Part shown: piece after piece, positions 15,422 to 23,782 of the stretch
Numbering within the stretch: the stretch's first letter is position 1
Layout of the letters: the number at the start of each line of letters is the position of its first letter
Virus record (IMG/VR): IMGVR_UViG_3300042888_002665
DNA length: 64,000 bases
Source: a virus
Direction: 5' to 3' (one strand)
Position numbers and translations under genes: made by a program
Notes under the pieces: model-generated
What the model saw: the letters and a program-made list of their open reading frames with translations, nothing else
Told to the model about the DNA's origin: nothing
The model's database searches: none

Positions 15422-16480
15422 TTATTTAAAATAATTTGCCCAGATTTTACGTGTTTTATCTGTATATGATTTTAATAAACATTTATTCATATAAACATTC
15501 ACACGTGGGTAATTATACGTATCACATAAAGTACTAAAGATGTCATTTGTATTGGTTTGGCGTGTTGTAAACCAATGACTAGCCCAAGGTATTTCAGGTG
15601 ATGCTACTAATGGTACACCTTGTGAAATGATATCAGCAGCTACAATATTGAATGTTTCGTTAAATGATACTTGCATTCCAATATCCATTTTAGAGCATAA
15701 TTCTAAAAATTCATCACGTGATGCCCACTTATGAATTACTAATTTATGTCCCTTATTTTCTAATTGTTCAAATAAAGCAACTAAATTATTAAATATAGGT
15801 TCGCCTTTTTGCTCCAATCTGAAGTTGATGTGGAAATTAAGTTTCTTACCAATCTTATCAGCTAATCCAATAGCAGCTATTGCCTGTATTAAATGATTTT
15901 TTAATGGGCGAACAGCACCAAAGCAAGCTATATTGATAGTATCTTTTGATTTATCTAACTTTTTAGATTTATAGTCTTGAGGATAATAATTAGGTAAGAA
16001 TATTACTCGTTGTTTTTGTAATTTTTTATCCCAATCGTTTTTATGTCCCAAATAGAATTGGATATCTTTAGTTGTTTGAGGGGAATTACAAGCTACAACT
16101 ACATTATCATACTTGCTATAATTACCTAACCAATCCATTGCCATTCCTTCATTTGCTAAAAATGGCACTTCACTATGTAAACGAATTACCCATTTAACGT
16201 TTGGATGTAATTTAACTAATACATCAAATTTGGATGGAACTACCCATAGCGCTTCAATAATAACGTATGTTGGTTTGAATTCTGTTACTTCACGATCAAT
16301 ATCGTTGTTATCAGTTACAACCACCATTTTAGATTCAATGTGATCTTTCTTTAGCATCTCATCCATAAAGAGAGCTGAATTGTACAGGCCAGTGCTTAAT
16401 CCTACATGGGAATATTGTTCAGCACCATAATTTTCGTTGCGTTTTAAAATAAAGAGTACTTTATTTTTGTTGGGTTTCAT
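15422..16480 (-). CDS. GT-B glycosyltransferase
   Basis: IACFGAVRPLKN and MQVSFNETFNIVAADIISQGVP (E-x7-D/E) donor-binding pattern. Confidence 0.75.
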   Translation of the reverse strand: MKPNKNKVLFILKRNENYGAEQYSHVGLSTGLYNSALFMDEMLKKDHIESKMVVVTDNNDIDREVTEFKPTYVIIEALWVVPSKFDVLVKLHPNVKWVIRLHSEVPFLANEGMAMDWLGNYSKYDNVVVACNSPQTTKDIQFYLGHKNDWDKKLQKQRVIFLPNYYPQDYKSKKLDKSKDTINIACFGAVRPLKNHLIQAIAAIGLADKIGKKLNFHINFRLEQKGEPIFNNLVALFEQLENKGHKLVIHKWASRDEFLELCSKMDIGMQVSFNETFNIVAADIISQGVPLVASPEIPWASHWFTTRQTNTNDIFSTLCDTYNYPRVNVYMNKCLLKSYTDKTRKIWANYFK

Positions 16481-16555
16481 AAAAGTTTTAGATAGACATT
16501 ATTGTATATATATAAATATCAATTTTATCTTTTATGTAAATTAACTTAATTATTA

Positions 16556-17146
16556 CTACTTTGAATAATGTATATTAGCTAATACAAATTTAGCAAATTT
16601 ACGATGTCCTGATGCTTTCAAATGTATCCCATCACCAGAATCTGAACGATCTATAGTAGTATCTACTGGAATGATATCACATCTCATTAATTGATTGTTT
16701 AATCTTGCTTGTAAATTAGCATATCTTGTTCTAGCACGGAACATTGTTACTTCTGGATATGGTCCGTTTGTAAGTATTTTATGAGGTGAGTATCCTAATA
16801 CAACTACAACTGGAATATCATAGTAGATACATTCATCTACCATATTTTGAATGTTATTTACTACTTTAGATAGGGGCACACTTGAGAAAGCATCATTTGC
16901 TCCACCATAGATTACTACCATCTCATAATCTGAATAAGTTAAAAGTTGATTATGTAGTGTTTTATACATCCAATCTGTACGTTTTCCTACAGACGATAAA
17001 TTTACATACTCACGTCCTAATCCTTTAGCAAATTGATGTTGCCATCCACCTGAATAACATGTTAATGAGTCTCCTATAAACAATATTCGTTTTGGCTTAG
17101 TAAACGAAGGAAACAATAAAGCCAATAATAAAACTAAATACTTCAT
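16556..17146 (-). CDS. SGNH/GDSL hydrolase with signal peptide
   Basis: Blocks IGDSLT, GGAND and DGIH. Confidence 0.88.
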   Translation of the reverse strand: MKYLVLLLALLFPSFTKPKRILFIGDSLTCYSGGWQHQFAKGLGREYVNLSSVGKRTDWMYKTLHNQLLTYSDYEMVVIYGGANDAFSSVPLSKVVNNIQNMVDECIYYDIPVVVVLGYSPHKILTNGPYPEVTMFRARTRYANLQARLNNQLMRCDIIPVDTTIDRSDSGDGIHLKASGHRKFAKFVLANIHYSK

Positions 17147-17148
17147 AA

Positions 17149-17226
17149 CTAATATATTTTTGATGATTTATACAATATGTAAACAAATATGAATATCCCA
17201 ACAACTACTCCTATTTTATATATCAT
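17149..17226 (-). CDS. Possible 25 aa hydrophobic peptide
   Basis: MIYKIGVVVGIFIFVYILYKSSKIY fills the gap between thyA and the SGNH gene. Confidence 0.4.
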   Translation of the reverse strand: MIYKIGVVVGIFIFVYILYKSSKIY

Positions 17227-17228
17227 AA

Positions 17229-18263
17229 TTAATTCGATAATGGTGCTTTAATTCCTGAATGTGATTCGTATCCGATTAATTCGAAGCAGTCTGGGCGATA
17301 TGATAATATTTTGTCGCTGAATGTTTTTGGCCCTAATCGTTCTTTAACTAACTCATGTTGGTACCAATTACGTTCAGTAATGTTTACTTTTGGTAATGAA
17401 AATGGTTTACGTAATATTTGCATTTTAGCTTGCTCGATATGGTTTGAATATAAATGAACATCACCTAAATTACCGATTAATTCATCAGGTACCATATTTA
17501 CTTCTTTAGCTAATATTTCAAGTAATAAGGCGTATGAAGCAATATTAAATGGTAATCCTAAAAATGTATCTACTGAACGTTGATTCCACATCAATGAAAG
17601 ATATTTACCTTCTCTAACATAACATTGAAATCCATAATGACATGGTGGTAATGTCATTTGGTCTAATTCTGCTACATTCCAAGCAGATACCATTAATCGT
17701 CTGCTATCTGGATTAGTTCTAAGTGAATAAACTAATTGTAGTATTTGATCATACCACAATGAACCTTTTTCATTACCATTCATATCCATCCAACCTTGCC
17801 ATTGTCTCCATTGCTTACCATAGATTGGTCCTAAATCACCCCATTTCTTTGCAAACTCATTATCGGTTTTTATTTTGTTGATAAACTCCTCTTGTATAAA
17901 ATTACATGCTTCATATTTTGAAGGAGATTTATATTCATTAGAACTAAATGTACCATCACCTGGTATGGCTTTACTCCATTCGGTATAATACCTTTTATAG
18001 CAATCACCATCCCAAATGTGGCAATCATAATCTAATAGGAATTTGATGTTAGTATCCCCACGCAAAAACCATAACAATTCAGTTACGATTGATTTCCACG
18101 CCATCTTTTTAGTAGTTAGTAATGGAAATCCATCAGACATTTTATGGCGAATCTGTCTACCAAATACTGATATAGTACCAGTACCAGTTCTATCAGATTT
18201 TTCTACACCGTTATCTAAAATGTCTTGTAATAATGCTTGATAATGTTTGTCTATGTTATTCAT
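17229..18263 (-). CDS. thyA: Thymidylate synthase
   Basis: DRTGTGT, GDLGPIYGKQWR, PDSRRLMVSAWN, LPPCH, QRSVDTFLGLPFNIASY and HLYSNH. Confidence 0.97.
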   Translation of the reverse strand: MNNIDKHYQALLQDILDNGVEKSDRTGTGTISVFGRQIRHKMSDGFPLLTTKKMAWKSIVTELLWFLRGDTNIKFLLDYDCHIWDGDCYKRYYTEWSKAIPGDGTFSSNEYKSPSKYEACNFIQEEFINKIKTDNEFAKKWGDLGPIYGKQWRQWQGWMDMNGNEKGSLWYDQILQLVYSLRTNPDSRRLMVSAWNVAELDQMTLPPCHYGFQCYVREGKYLSLMWNQRSVDTFLGLPFNIASYALLLEILAKEVNMVPDELIGNLGDVHLYSNHIEQAKMQILRKPFSLPKVNITERNWYQHELVKERLGPKTFSDKILSYRPDCFELIGYESHSGIKAPLSN

Positions 18264-18880
18264 TAGTGAATTTTTGGGAATAAAACTGTGTCCATGAAAT
18301 ATTTAGCGCATTCTTCACCTAATTTAGCTTTTAATACATTATATGTACGCTCATTTTTAGATTGTTGTTCGCAATAATAATTTTGTGCTTCAACTACTAA
18401 TTTAGGATCAGCAAATAAACCTACTGTTTCAGTATACGACTCAAATAAATCAGTTGCTTCGTTACATAATCGAACCATTTCTTCAGTACCTGGTCTGATT
18501 GCTACAGCATGTTCAGAAAATATATTATTAGCCCATTCAGGTAATGGGTATGGTGTTTTAAACTCGTAATTAATAAATTTATCAGGTGAATAAGTAACTG
18601 GAGATAAATCTATGAATGCAGCTAGTGGTTTTTCATTAGTGCATATAATATCAAATCCAAATATTGGATCTGCAAAATTCAACTGTGGAAATGCTGTAAA
18701 ATGTAATACTTCTAATGCTCTATCACTATAGCGTTCAATATGAGCAATACGAAATGAATCAGAAACATATCGGGTATTTTCCCACCCGAAATCTTCTGTT
18801 TCGATTTCAAATCCATTATCTTCAATCAGAATATTTTCTAAAATATTAGCTGTTTGATCCAGTATTATTTTGTAATTCAT
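18263..18880 (-). CDS. Ferredoxin-dependent bilin reductase (PcyA/PcyX/PebS family)
   Basis: FRIAHIE...LEVLHFTAFP...PIFGFDII...AFIDLSPV...LPEWANNIFS...YCEQQSKNERTYNVL. Directly downstream of and overlapping a heme oxygenase. Confidence 0.82.
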   Translation of the reverse strand: MNYKIILDQTANILENILIEDNGFEIETEDFGWENTRYVSDSFRIAHIERYSDRALEVLHFTAFPQLNFADPIFGFDIICTNEKPLAAFIDLSPVTYSPDKFINYEFKTPYPLPEWANNIFSEHAVAIRPGTEEMVRLCNEATDLFESYTETVGLFADPKLVVEAQNYYCEQQSKNERTYNVLKAKLGEECAKYFMDTVLFPKIH

Positions 18881-19367
18881 TTAAGATAGTAATGATATAT
18901 TCAAATCCTTTATTTACTTCGTCTGCCCATTCATCTTGTTGGACTGCTCTAATAGCACCAATAGCTTCTTGCATATCTTCAAAATCATACATTCTACCTA
19001 AACCTGGTGTTTGGTCTTTCATCATTTGCCCACCATAAGCTAATGCTAAATAATGTAAATAAACGTGAGGTAGACGTTCTTCCTTAGTTAAAGTAGATAA
19101 ATAATGAGAATATGCTGTTGTAATTGGAAGAATATTCATTATATCCATTACTGATTTTAATTCAAGTATATCTTCCTTTATTTTATCTGTACGAGTTAAT
19201 GATGGGTGAGGTAATTCCTCTGATTCAATAGCATCAAATATAGATAATTGCTGATATAAGTATTTTACATATTCGTCTGTAGATAATTCACCACGAAACA
19301 TTCGTTGGTTGAATTCCATTTTTTCTGCTTTACTGTGTAGTTCAGCTGTTGATTCTCTTAATCCCAT
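18846..19367 (-). CDS. ho1: Heme oxygenase
   Basis: LRESTAELHSKAE (axial His) and HVYLHYLALAYGGQMM distal helix. Confidence 0.87.
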   Translation of the reverse strand: MGLRESTAELHSKAEKMEFNQRMFRGELSTDEYVKYLYQQLSIFDAIESEELPHPSLTRTDKIKEDILELKSVMDIMNILPITTAYSHYLSTLTKEERLPHVYLHYLALAYGGQMMKDQTPGLGRMYDFEDMQEAIGAIRAVQQDEWADEVNKGFEYIITILNELQNNTGSNS

Positions 19368-19369
19368 TT

Positions 19370-19747
19370 TTATAATTTTAAATTTTTAATATTTTCTCTT
19401 TCAAGTTCATGTGAGTATCTTTCTCTCATTCCAACTATTCTATGGAAATCTTTATATGCTGTTGGGTGGTAATCTTTTAAATAAGATAACCCCAATTCAT
19501 ATTCAAATAAAACATCTTCATATCGATGTTCTCTAGAATCAAATCCATCTTCTAACATTTTAATATCGGATTGTAAATTACCAATTACATTCTGTAATGA
19601 ATCAGCTTTACATTCTGTAGTTATTAGTTCTGGAGGTGTATCAGTTGGTTTAATTAATGTCCAAAAAATAAATTGGAACAATATTGCTCCTAAAATAAAT
19701 GCTAGTAGTGCTTTCATATTATCTCCAAACTTGTGCGTATCTTCCAT
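19370..19747 (-). CDS. Single-TM coiled-coil protein
   Basis: LLAFILGAILFQFIFW followed by heptad repeats. Confidence 0.7.
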   Translation of the reverse strand: MEDTHKFGDNMKALLAFILGAILFQFIFWTLIKPTDTPPELITTECKADSLQNVIGNLQSDIKMLEDGFDSREHRYEDVLFEYELGLSYLKDYHPTAYKDFHRIVGMRERYSHELERENIKNLKL

Positions 19748-20006
19748 GTCTATATACTGTTTTTTGTTTTTTTACTCGTTGTGGTTTTAATGATCGTGTT
19801 ACTCGATTATCATCTTCAGGCGGCATCCGCCTATAATCTTCTTTAGTATCGAATGAATATCGGATATCACTGTCAGTAAGCCAAGTTTCATATGAGTGTG
19901 TGTTATCGACAGGAAAATCGATTATAACGTAGTATCTCTCGTGTTCTACACGTAGTATACTACCAACACCTAAATCTGTAACTATGCGTTGTTCTACTTC
20001 GTACAT
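19719..20006 (-). CDS. Hypothetical protein
   Basis: 95 aa ORF in an operon-like array. Confidence 0.65.
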   Translation of the reverse strand: MYEVEQRIVTDLGVGSILRVEHERYYVIIDFPVDNTHSYETWLTDSDIRYSFDTKEDYRRMPPEDDNRVTRSLKPQRVKKQKTVYRHGRYAQVWR

Positions 20007-20009
20007 TGC

Positions 20010-20234
20010 TTATGAAAGTAATTGGTCTAAATCGATATTATATTCATTCATCATTTGAATGAATTTCTCTCTATATTCATATGCTCCTTCATTACCACCA
20101 TGTTTGTATTCTGATCGTAAATACTGGTCATATTTCCACATCATCAATACTAAATCCAATGACATGACAGCTCTTAAATGAGCTTGTTTATCTTCTGGAT
20201 CGTTTAAATCGTATGTTAGTGTTGCTGTTGCCAT
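20010..20234 (-). CDS. Hypothetical protein
   Basis: 74 aa; AAAAGTTATG start and a class B motif upstream. Confidence 0.75.
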   Translation of the reverse strand: MATATLTYDLNDPEDKQAHLRAVMSLDLVLMMWKYDQYLRSEYKHGGNEGAYEYREKFIQMMNEYNIDLDQLLS

Positions 20235-20275
20235 AACTTTTATTTTATACTTAAATATAATCAGGAAAGGTCGAA

Positions 20276-20413
20276 TTAACGACCTTGTCCACGATATCTT
20301 TTCTCGTAATTTTTTGATTGCTTTGCAAATGAGGATTTATTCTTTGCATGACGACCGATACTCTTTTTTTTAATCTCAATCTTACGGGATTCCGTTGCTT
20401 TTGCTTTTGCCAT
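20276..20413 (-). CDS. Small basic protein (45 aa)
   Basis: MAKAKATESRKIEIKKKSIGRHAKNKSSFAKQSKNYEKRYRGQGR; TATTTATA motif 23 nt upstream; below track cutoff. Confidence 0.7.
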   Translation of the reverse strand: MAKAKATESRKIEIKKKSIGRHAKNKSSFAKQSKNYEKRYRGQGR

Positions 20414-20446
20414 TATATAACAAGTTAAGGGTTTAGTATAAATATA

Positions 20447-21220
20447 CTAAACTTCCCTCTTGTCACCGTATGCAATGATATGATCTCGTCCTGAAAAATT
20501 ATATGAATGTGCTGTACAATAATCCAATACTATTGGATACATCTTAATTAATTCTTCACGAGTATCGCCAGCAGGCATAATCCATGTTTTATGTTTTGGT
20601 ATATTAAAACGTTTTCTGAATGCCTCAATTTCATGCATCAATTCATCTGTACCGTCCCATACTGGTTTGAAATGGTAATTCTTATGGTATGCTAATAATT
20701 GACGAATTGCATCATATTTTTCTCTATACTTATTATGTTGATCAATCATTTTCTGATCTACAATTTTACCTTGTGGTGTTTCAACACCAATTACTGGAAT
20801 TGAATTAGAGAATTTAGGTGATAATGAAATAACATCAATACGATGATCAGTAATTAGTGGATGTGATCCTTCGGTTTCAATAGTTACAATACCTTTTTTA
20901 TCATGTAATGCTTTAAATAAATTAATTATTTCATTACACATTTCCGGGTGCATTGTAGGTGATCCACCAGTTAACATCAAATGATTAATATCCCAATTGT
21001 CAGAAAAGAATTTCTTAATATCATCTAATGTATATTTACCCTTTTCTGGATGAATTGATGTATACCATGAATCACACCACCCACCTTCACCAAAGTAACA
21101 CCTATGAGTACATCCTGTAGTACGTACAATGATGTGTGGTTTACCAGCTAGTGAACCTTCAGTTTGAACGCAACGATATACTTCAATTATCGGTTGATTT
21201 TTAGTATAATCTAGTGCCAT
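20447..21220 (-). CDS. queE: 7-carboxy-7-deazaguanine synthase (radical SAM)
   Basis: VQTEGSLAGKP, RTTGCTHRC...WCDS, LTGGSP, TIETEG and SLSPK. Confidence 0.9.
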   Translation of the reverse strand: MALDYTKNQPIIEVYRCVQTEGSLAGKPHIIVRTTGCTHRCYFGEGGWCDSWYTSIHPEKGKYTLDDIKKFFSDNWDINHLMLTGGSPTMHPEMCNEIINLFKALHDKKGIVTIETEGSHPLITDHRIDVISLSPKFSNSIPVIGVETPQGKIVDQKMIDQHNKYREKYDAIRQLLAYHKNYHFKPVWDGTDELMHEIEAFRKRFNIPKHKTWIMPAGDTREELIKMYPIVLDYCTAHSYNFSGRDHIIAYGDKREV

Positions 21221-21434
21221 CTTGTTTTTCTTTTAATTTTAAACGTTTAGCTAATTTTTTATCTACAACTGCTTCTGCATTAATATTTACCTCAACGGTT
21301 TTCTTATTTGCATCGCGTACTTTAGTTTTCCATTCGGCTTTAGGAGCAAATGTCCATCCATGTACTTTTACTTTTAGATCAGCATCTACATCTGATACTC
21401 TACGGATTTCATCTCCTTTTTTGATACACTTCAT
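21201..21434 (-). CDS. Hypothetical basic protein
   Basis: 77 aa ORF overlapping the queE start. Confidence 0.7.
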   Translation of the reverse strand: MKCIKKGDEIRRVSDVDADLKVKVHGWTFAPKAEWKTKVRDANKKTVEVNINAEAVVDKKLAKRLKLKEKQDGTRLY

Positions 21435-21571
21435 ATTTTGAATTTTAATTTAATTAATTGTTGAATATAAGTAAGAAACTGTACATCACCAGCGAGTACA
21501 GATAAAATGTTAGGATGTGCATCGCCGCACGATCCTAACAAATGACTAATAATGTGTCTAATTTCTTCCAT
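21431..21571 (-). CDS. Small hypothetical protein (46 aa)
   Basis: MEEIRHIISHLLGSCGDAHPNILSVLAGDVQFLTYIQQLIKLKFKI; start overlaps the queC stop and stop overlaps the next start. Confidence 0.6.
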   Translation of the reverse strand: MEEIRHIISHLLGSCGDAHPNILSVLAGDVQFLTYIQQLIKLKFKI

Positions 21572-22425
21572 TATTGCTGATATTCTGCTAATACTTGTTC
21601 TACTGCTGCTTTAGCAACTTCCCAACTAACTGGACCTGTTTCATCTTCATATTGAACTGGATCTTTACGTCCTAAACGAATAAACGCTTCAATACGCTCA
21701 ACTGATGCCGCTGATTTGTAATCGCTATTTCCTGATGGATAAGGTTTGTATGATGTATTAGTACGTTTATATACTTCATCAAAATCTAAACCTAATTTCT
21801 CACAACATGCTAATCCGTCTTCCAAAATAGTAAATTTATTACCTTCTAAATACGGAGTATAGTGATATACTAATTCAGAATCCCAGTTACCAATTTTAAA
21901 TGCTTCCATATCAGCATCACGGAATTCCTGACGACAATCAGGGTAAATAGCGTGATCACCAGCGTGAATACCCATTGCAATTGCTACTTCTTGTTTATCG
22001 CCTTTAGTTGCAACTGATAATGCTGCTGCTTGGATTAATGAAGCGAAAATCTTATTACGATTAGGTACAACAGTTTCTTTCATGTTGTCTTGCTCGTAAT
22101 GTCCTTCTGGTACATCGTTTCCACCTGTAACTAATGCTGAATGAAGTAAATTTTGCAATCCATCTAATTTAATGATTTGATGTTTTACTTTAGGATATGC
22201 TTCTTCAAATCCACCAATTACTTGATCAGTATGAGTAACACGCATTGGAGCCGTATTAATATACTCAACTAACGATGCTGCACGTTCTAATTCAACACGG
22301 TGTTTTTGCCCATAATCAAATCCTAATGCTGTAACTTCATAGCCATTAGCTAATAAGTGAAGTAATAATGTTGAGGAATCCATTCCTCCGGATAATGATA
22401 AAACTGCTTTTTTTGTACTAGACAT
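21571..22425 (-). CDS. queC: 7-cyano-7-deazaguanine (preQ0) synthase
   Basis: SLSGGMDS PP-loop, FDYGQKH, VPNRN and HAGDHAIYPDCR. Confidence 0.93.
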   Translation of the reverse strand: MSSTKKAVLSLSGGMDSSTLLLHLLANGYEVTALGFDYGQKHRVELERAASLVEYINTAPMRVTHTDQVIGGFEEAYPKVKHQIIKLDGLQNLLHSALVTGGNDVPEGHYEQDNMKETVVPNRNKIFASLIQAAALSVATKGDKQEVAIAMGIHAGDHAIYPDCRQEFRDADMEAFKIGNWDSELVYHYTPYLEGNKFTILEDGLACCEKLGLDFDEVYKRTNTSYKPYPSGNSDYKSAASVERIEAFIRLGRKDPVQYEDETGPVSWEVAKAAVEQVLAEYQQ

Positions 22426-22445
22426 AAAATTTATAATATATAGTT

Positions 22446-22487
22446 GGAACGTATTAATTTATTGATCGATTAGTTCCGATAACCGAT
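22446..22487 (-). promoter_or_regulatory. H-type RNA pseudoknot in the queC 5' leader
   Basis: P1 ATCGGTTA/TAATCGAT; loop GGAAC pairs with downstream GTTCC across a 14-nt A-rich linker. Confidence 0.6.
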
Positions 22488-22492
22488 TATAT

Positions 22493-22509
22493 TAAATATA
22501 ATTAAGAAA
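22493..22509 (-). promoter_or_regulatory. Class B promoter-like motif upstream of queC
   Basis: TTTCTTAATTATATTTA. Confidence 0.55.
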
Positions 22510-22989
22510 TTAAATAGGCATGTATTCCTCTTCGTATGAAGCTGAATTACGGCCATTTTCAAATACTTCTACTTTAGCTACTCTAACTCTGTAATGTGTT
22601 TCGTCTTGAACAAATTCATTAATCTTTTTGAACAGATACTCAGCAAAACGTTCAGCACCTACATAAGGTAAAATACGTAATTGAATAATACCATCTTCAC
22701 CCATTTGCTTGAATTGCTCTAAATATGGATCATCGTCTGAGATGATTGTAGTATGATCTAATAAATAGTCAAACCATTGTTTTGGGTTCATACCATCGAT
22801 ATTTCCATTGGCACGTTTCATACCACCGAAATCCCATACCCAATTGCGTTCGTCTAAATCTCCTTCAAAATCTACTTTAAAGGATATAGCGTATCCATGT
22901 AAGAACCTACAGTGGGTTCCTTCTGCTCTCCATTGACGAAATACAGTGGAGAATCCATCAAATAATTTTGATGATTTGAATGTAATCAT
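22510..22989 (-). CDS. queD: 6-carboxy-5,6,7,8-tetrahydropterin synthase
   Basis: HCRFLHGY, LDHTT, AERFAEY and EVFENGRNSASY. Confidence 0.9.
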   Translation of the reverse strand: MITFKSSKLFDGFSTVFRQWRAEGTHCRFLHGYAISFKVDFEGDLDERNWVWDFGGMKRANGNIDGMNPKQWFDYLLDHTTIISDDDPYLEQFKQMGEDGIIQLRILPYVGAERFAEYLFKKINEFVQDETHYRVRVAKVEVFENGRNSASYEEEYMPI

Positions 22990-23780
22990 GATAAAAGTGT
23001 TCTAAAATGTTTGACGTTATATAATACATCAGAAATCTGCTGATCCGATAATTTCTGATCAAAGTATGTTTCTAACTTTTCTTTTGGTTTATCTAACAAT
23101 ACTTCAGATGGATATCTACCGTGTTTTAAACCGTAAATAACTGGATTAGATGTATCGATTGTTTTGATAAATGAATATTCTTTGCCTTTGTAGCTAGAGA
23201 ATTCATTAGGTAATGTAGCACCTAATAAATGATGGTGAATTGTTTTATTAAATCCATTTAATGATGGTAACATATTAACAAATTTAATACGTCCCGTCAT
23301 TAAACTTAATAATTCATTTTGATGTTTATATAATTCCTTAAAATAAACCCCAGCATGATTTAATGCAATGTGTGTATAACCTAATTCAACGAATTTACTG
23401 TATGTAAGCATTGCATCAGATACCGTTTTTGCTTGTACTACTGCCATTAAATTAGTAGTAGATGGAATTTTATCTATATAATAATCAATCCATTTTTTAG
23501 CGTTTTTAACAGTTGTTTGAGGGTTATTCCATGCATCAGGAACGATGAATATACTTGGCTTAATATCATTGATTTTCTCGAGTAAATCTTCGATTGTATG
23601 CGATACTCCTTCAAATAAACCATTGTCCATAATGATTAAATCACCACGTTCAGATGCACTTTTAAAGAATTGATAGTACTGTTTATTTTCTAATAAATGA
23701 GGTAAACAATAATGATAGTCATTAAACTTTAACGACTCATCTAATAGATCTAATGGTACTTCGTGTGAAATAAGGGCCAT
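22986..23780 (-). CDS. TGT-fold, DpdA-like DNA deazaguanine transglycosylase (putative)
   Basis: IIMDNGLFE, IVPDAW, MAVVQ, HLLG and TIDTS echo TGT/DpdA barrel motifs (DSGGF, PD, HxLG, DSS). Overlaps the queD start. Confidence 0.6.
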   Translation of the reverse strand: MALISHEVPLDLLDESLKFNDYHYCLPHLLENKQYYQFFKSASERGDLIIMDNGLFEGVSHTIEDLLEKINDIKPSIFIVPDAWNNPQTTVKNAKKWIDYYIDKIPSTTNLMAVVQAKTVSDAMLTYSKFVELGYTHIALNHAGVYFKELYKHQNELLSLMTGRIKFVNMLPSLNGFNKTIHHHLLGATLPNEFSSYKGKEYSFIKTIDTSNPVIYGLKHGRYPSEVLLDKPKEKLETYFDQKLSDQQISDVLYNVKHFRTLLS

Positions 23781-23782
23781 AA

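Noticed and set aside
19370-19747. Spanin call for this TM coiled-coil protein (and for 13130..13477)
   Set aside because: No adjacent or embedded lipoprotein partner gene, and far from the endolysin. Left as hypothetical.
22446-22487. Assignment as a canonical preQ1-I, II or III riboswitch
   Set aside because: Stem lengths and loop nucleotides do not match the consensus as I recall it. Reported as an unclassified pseudoknot instead.
20447-23780. queF, Gat-queC or tRNA-specific tgt/queA
   Set aside because: No ORF in the window shows their motifs, so preQ1, archaeosine or queuosine end-products are not supported from this sequence alone.
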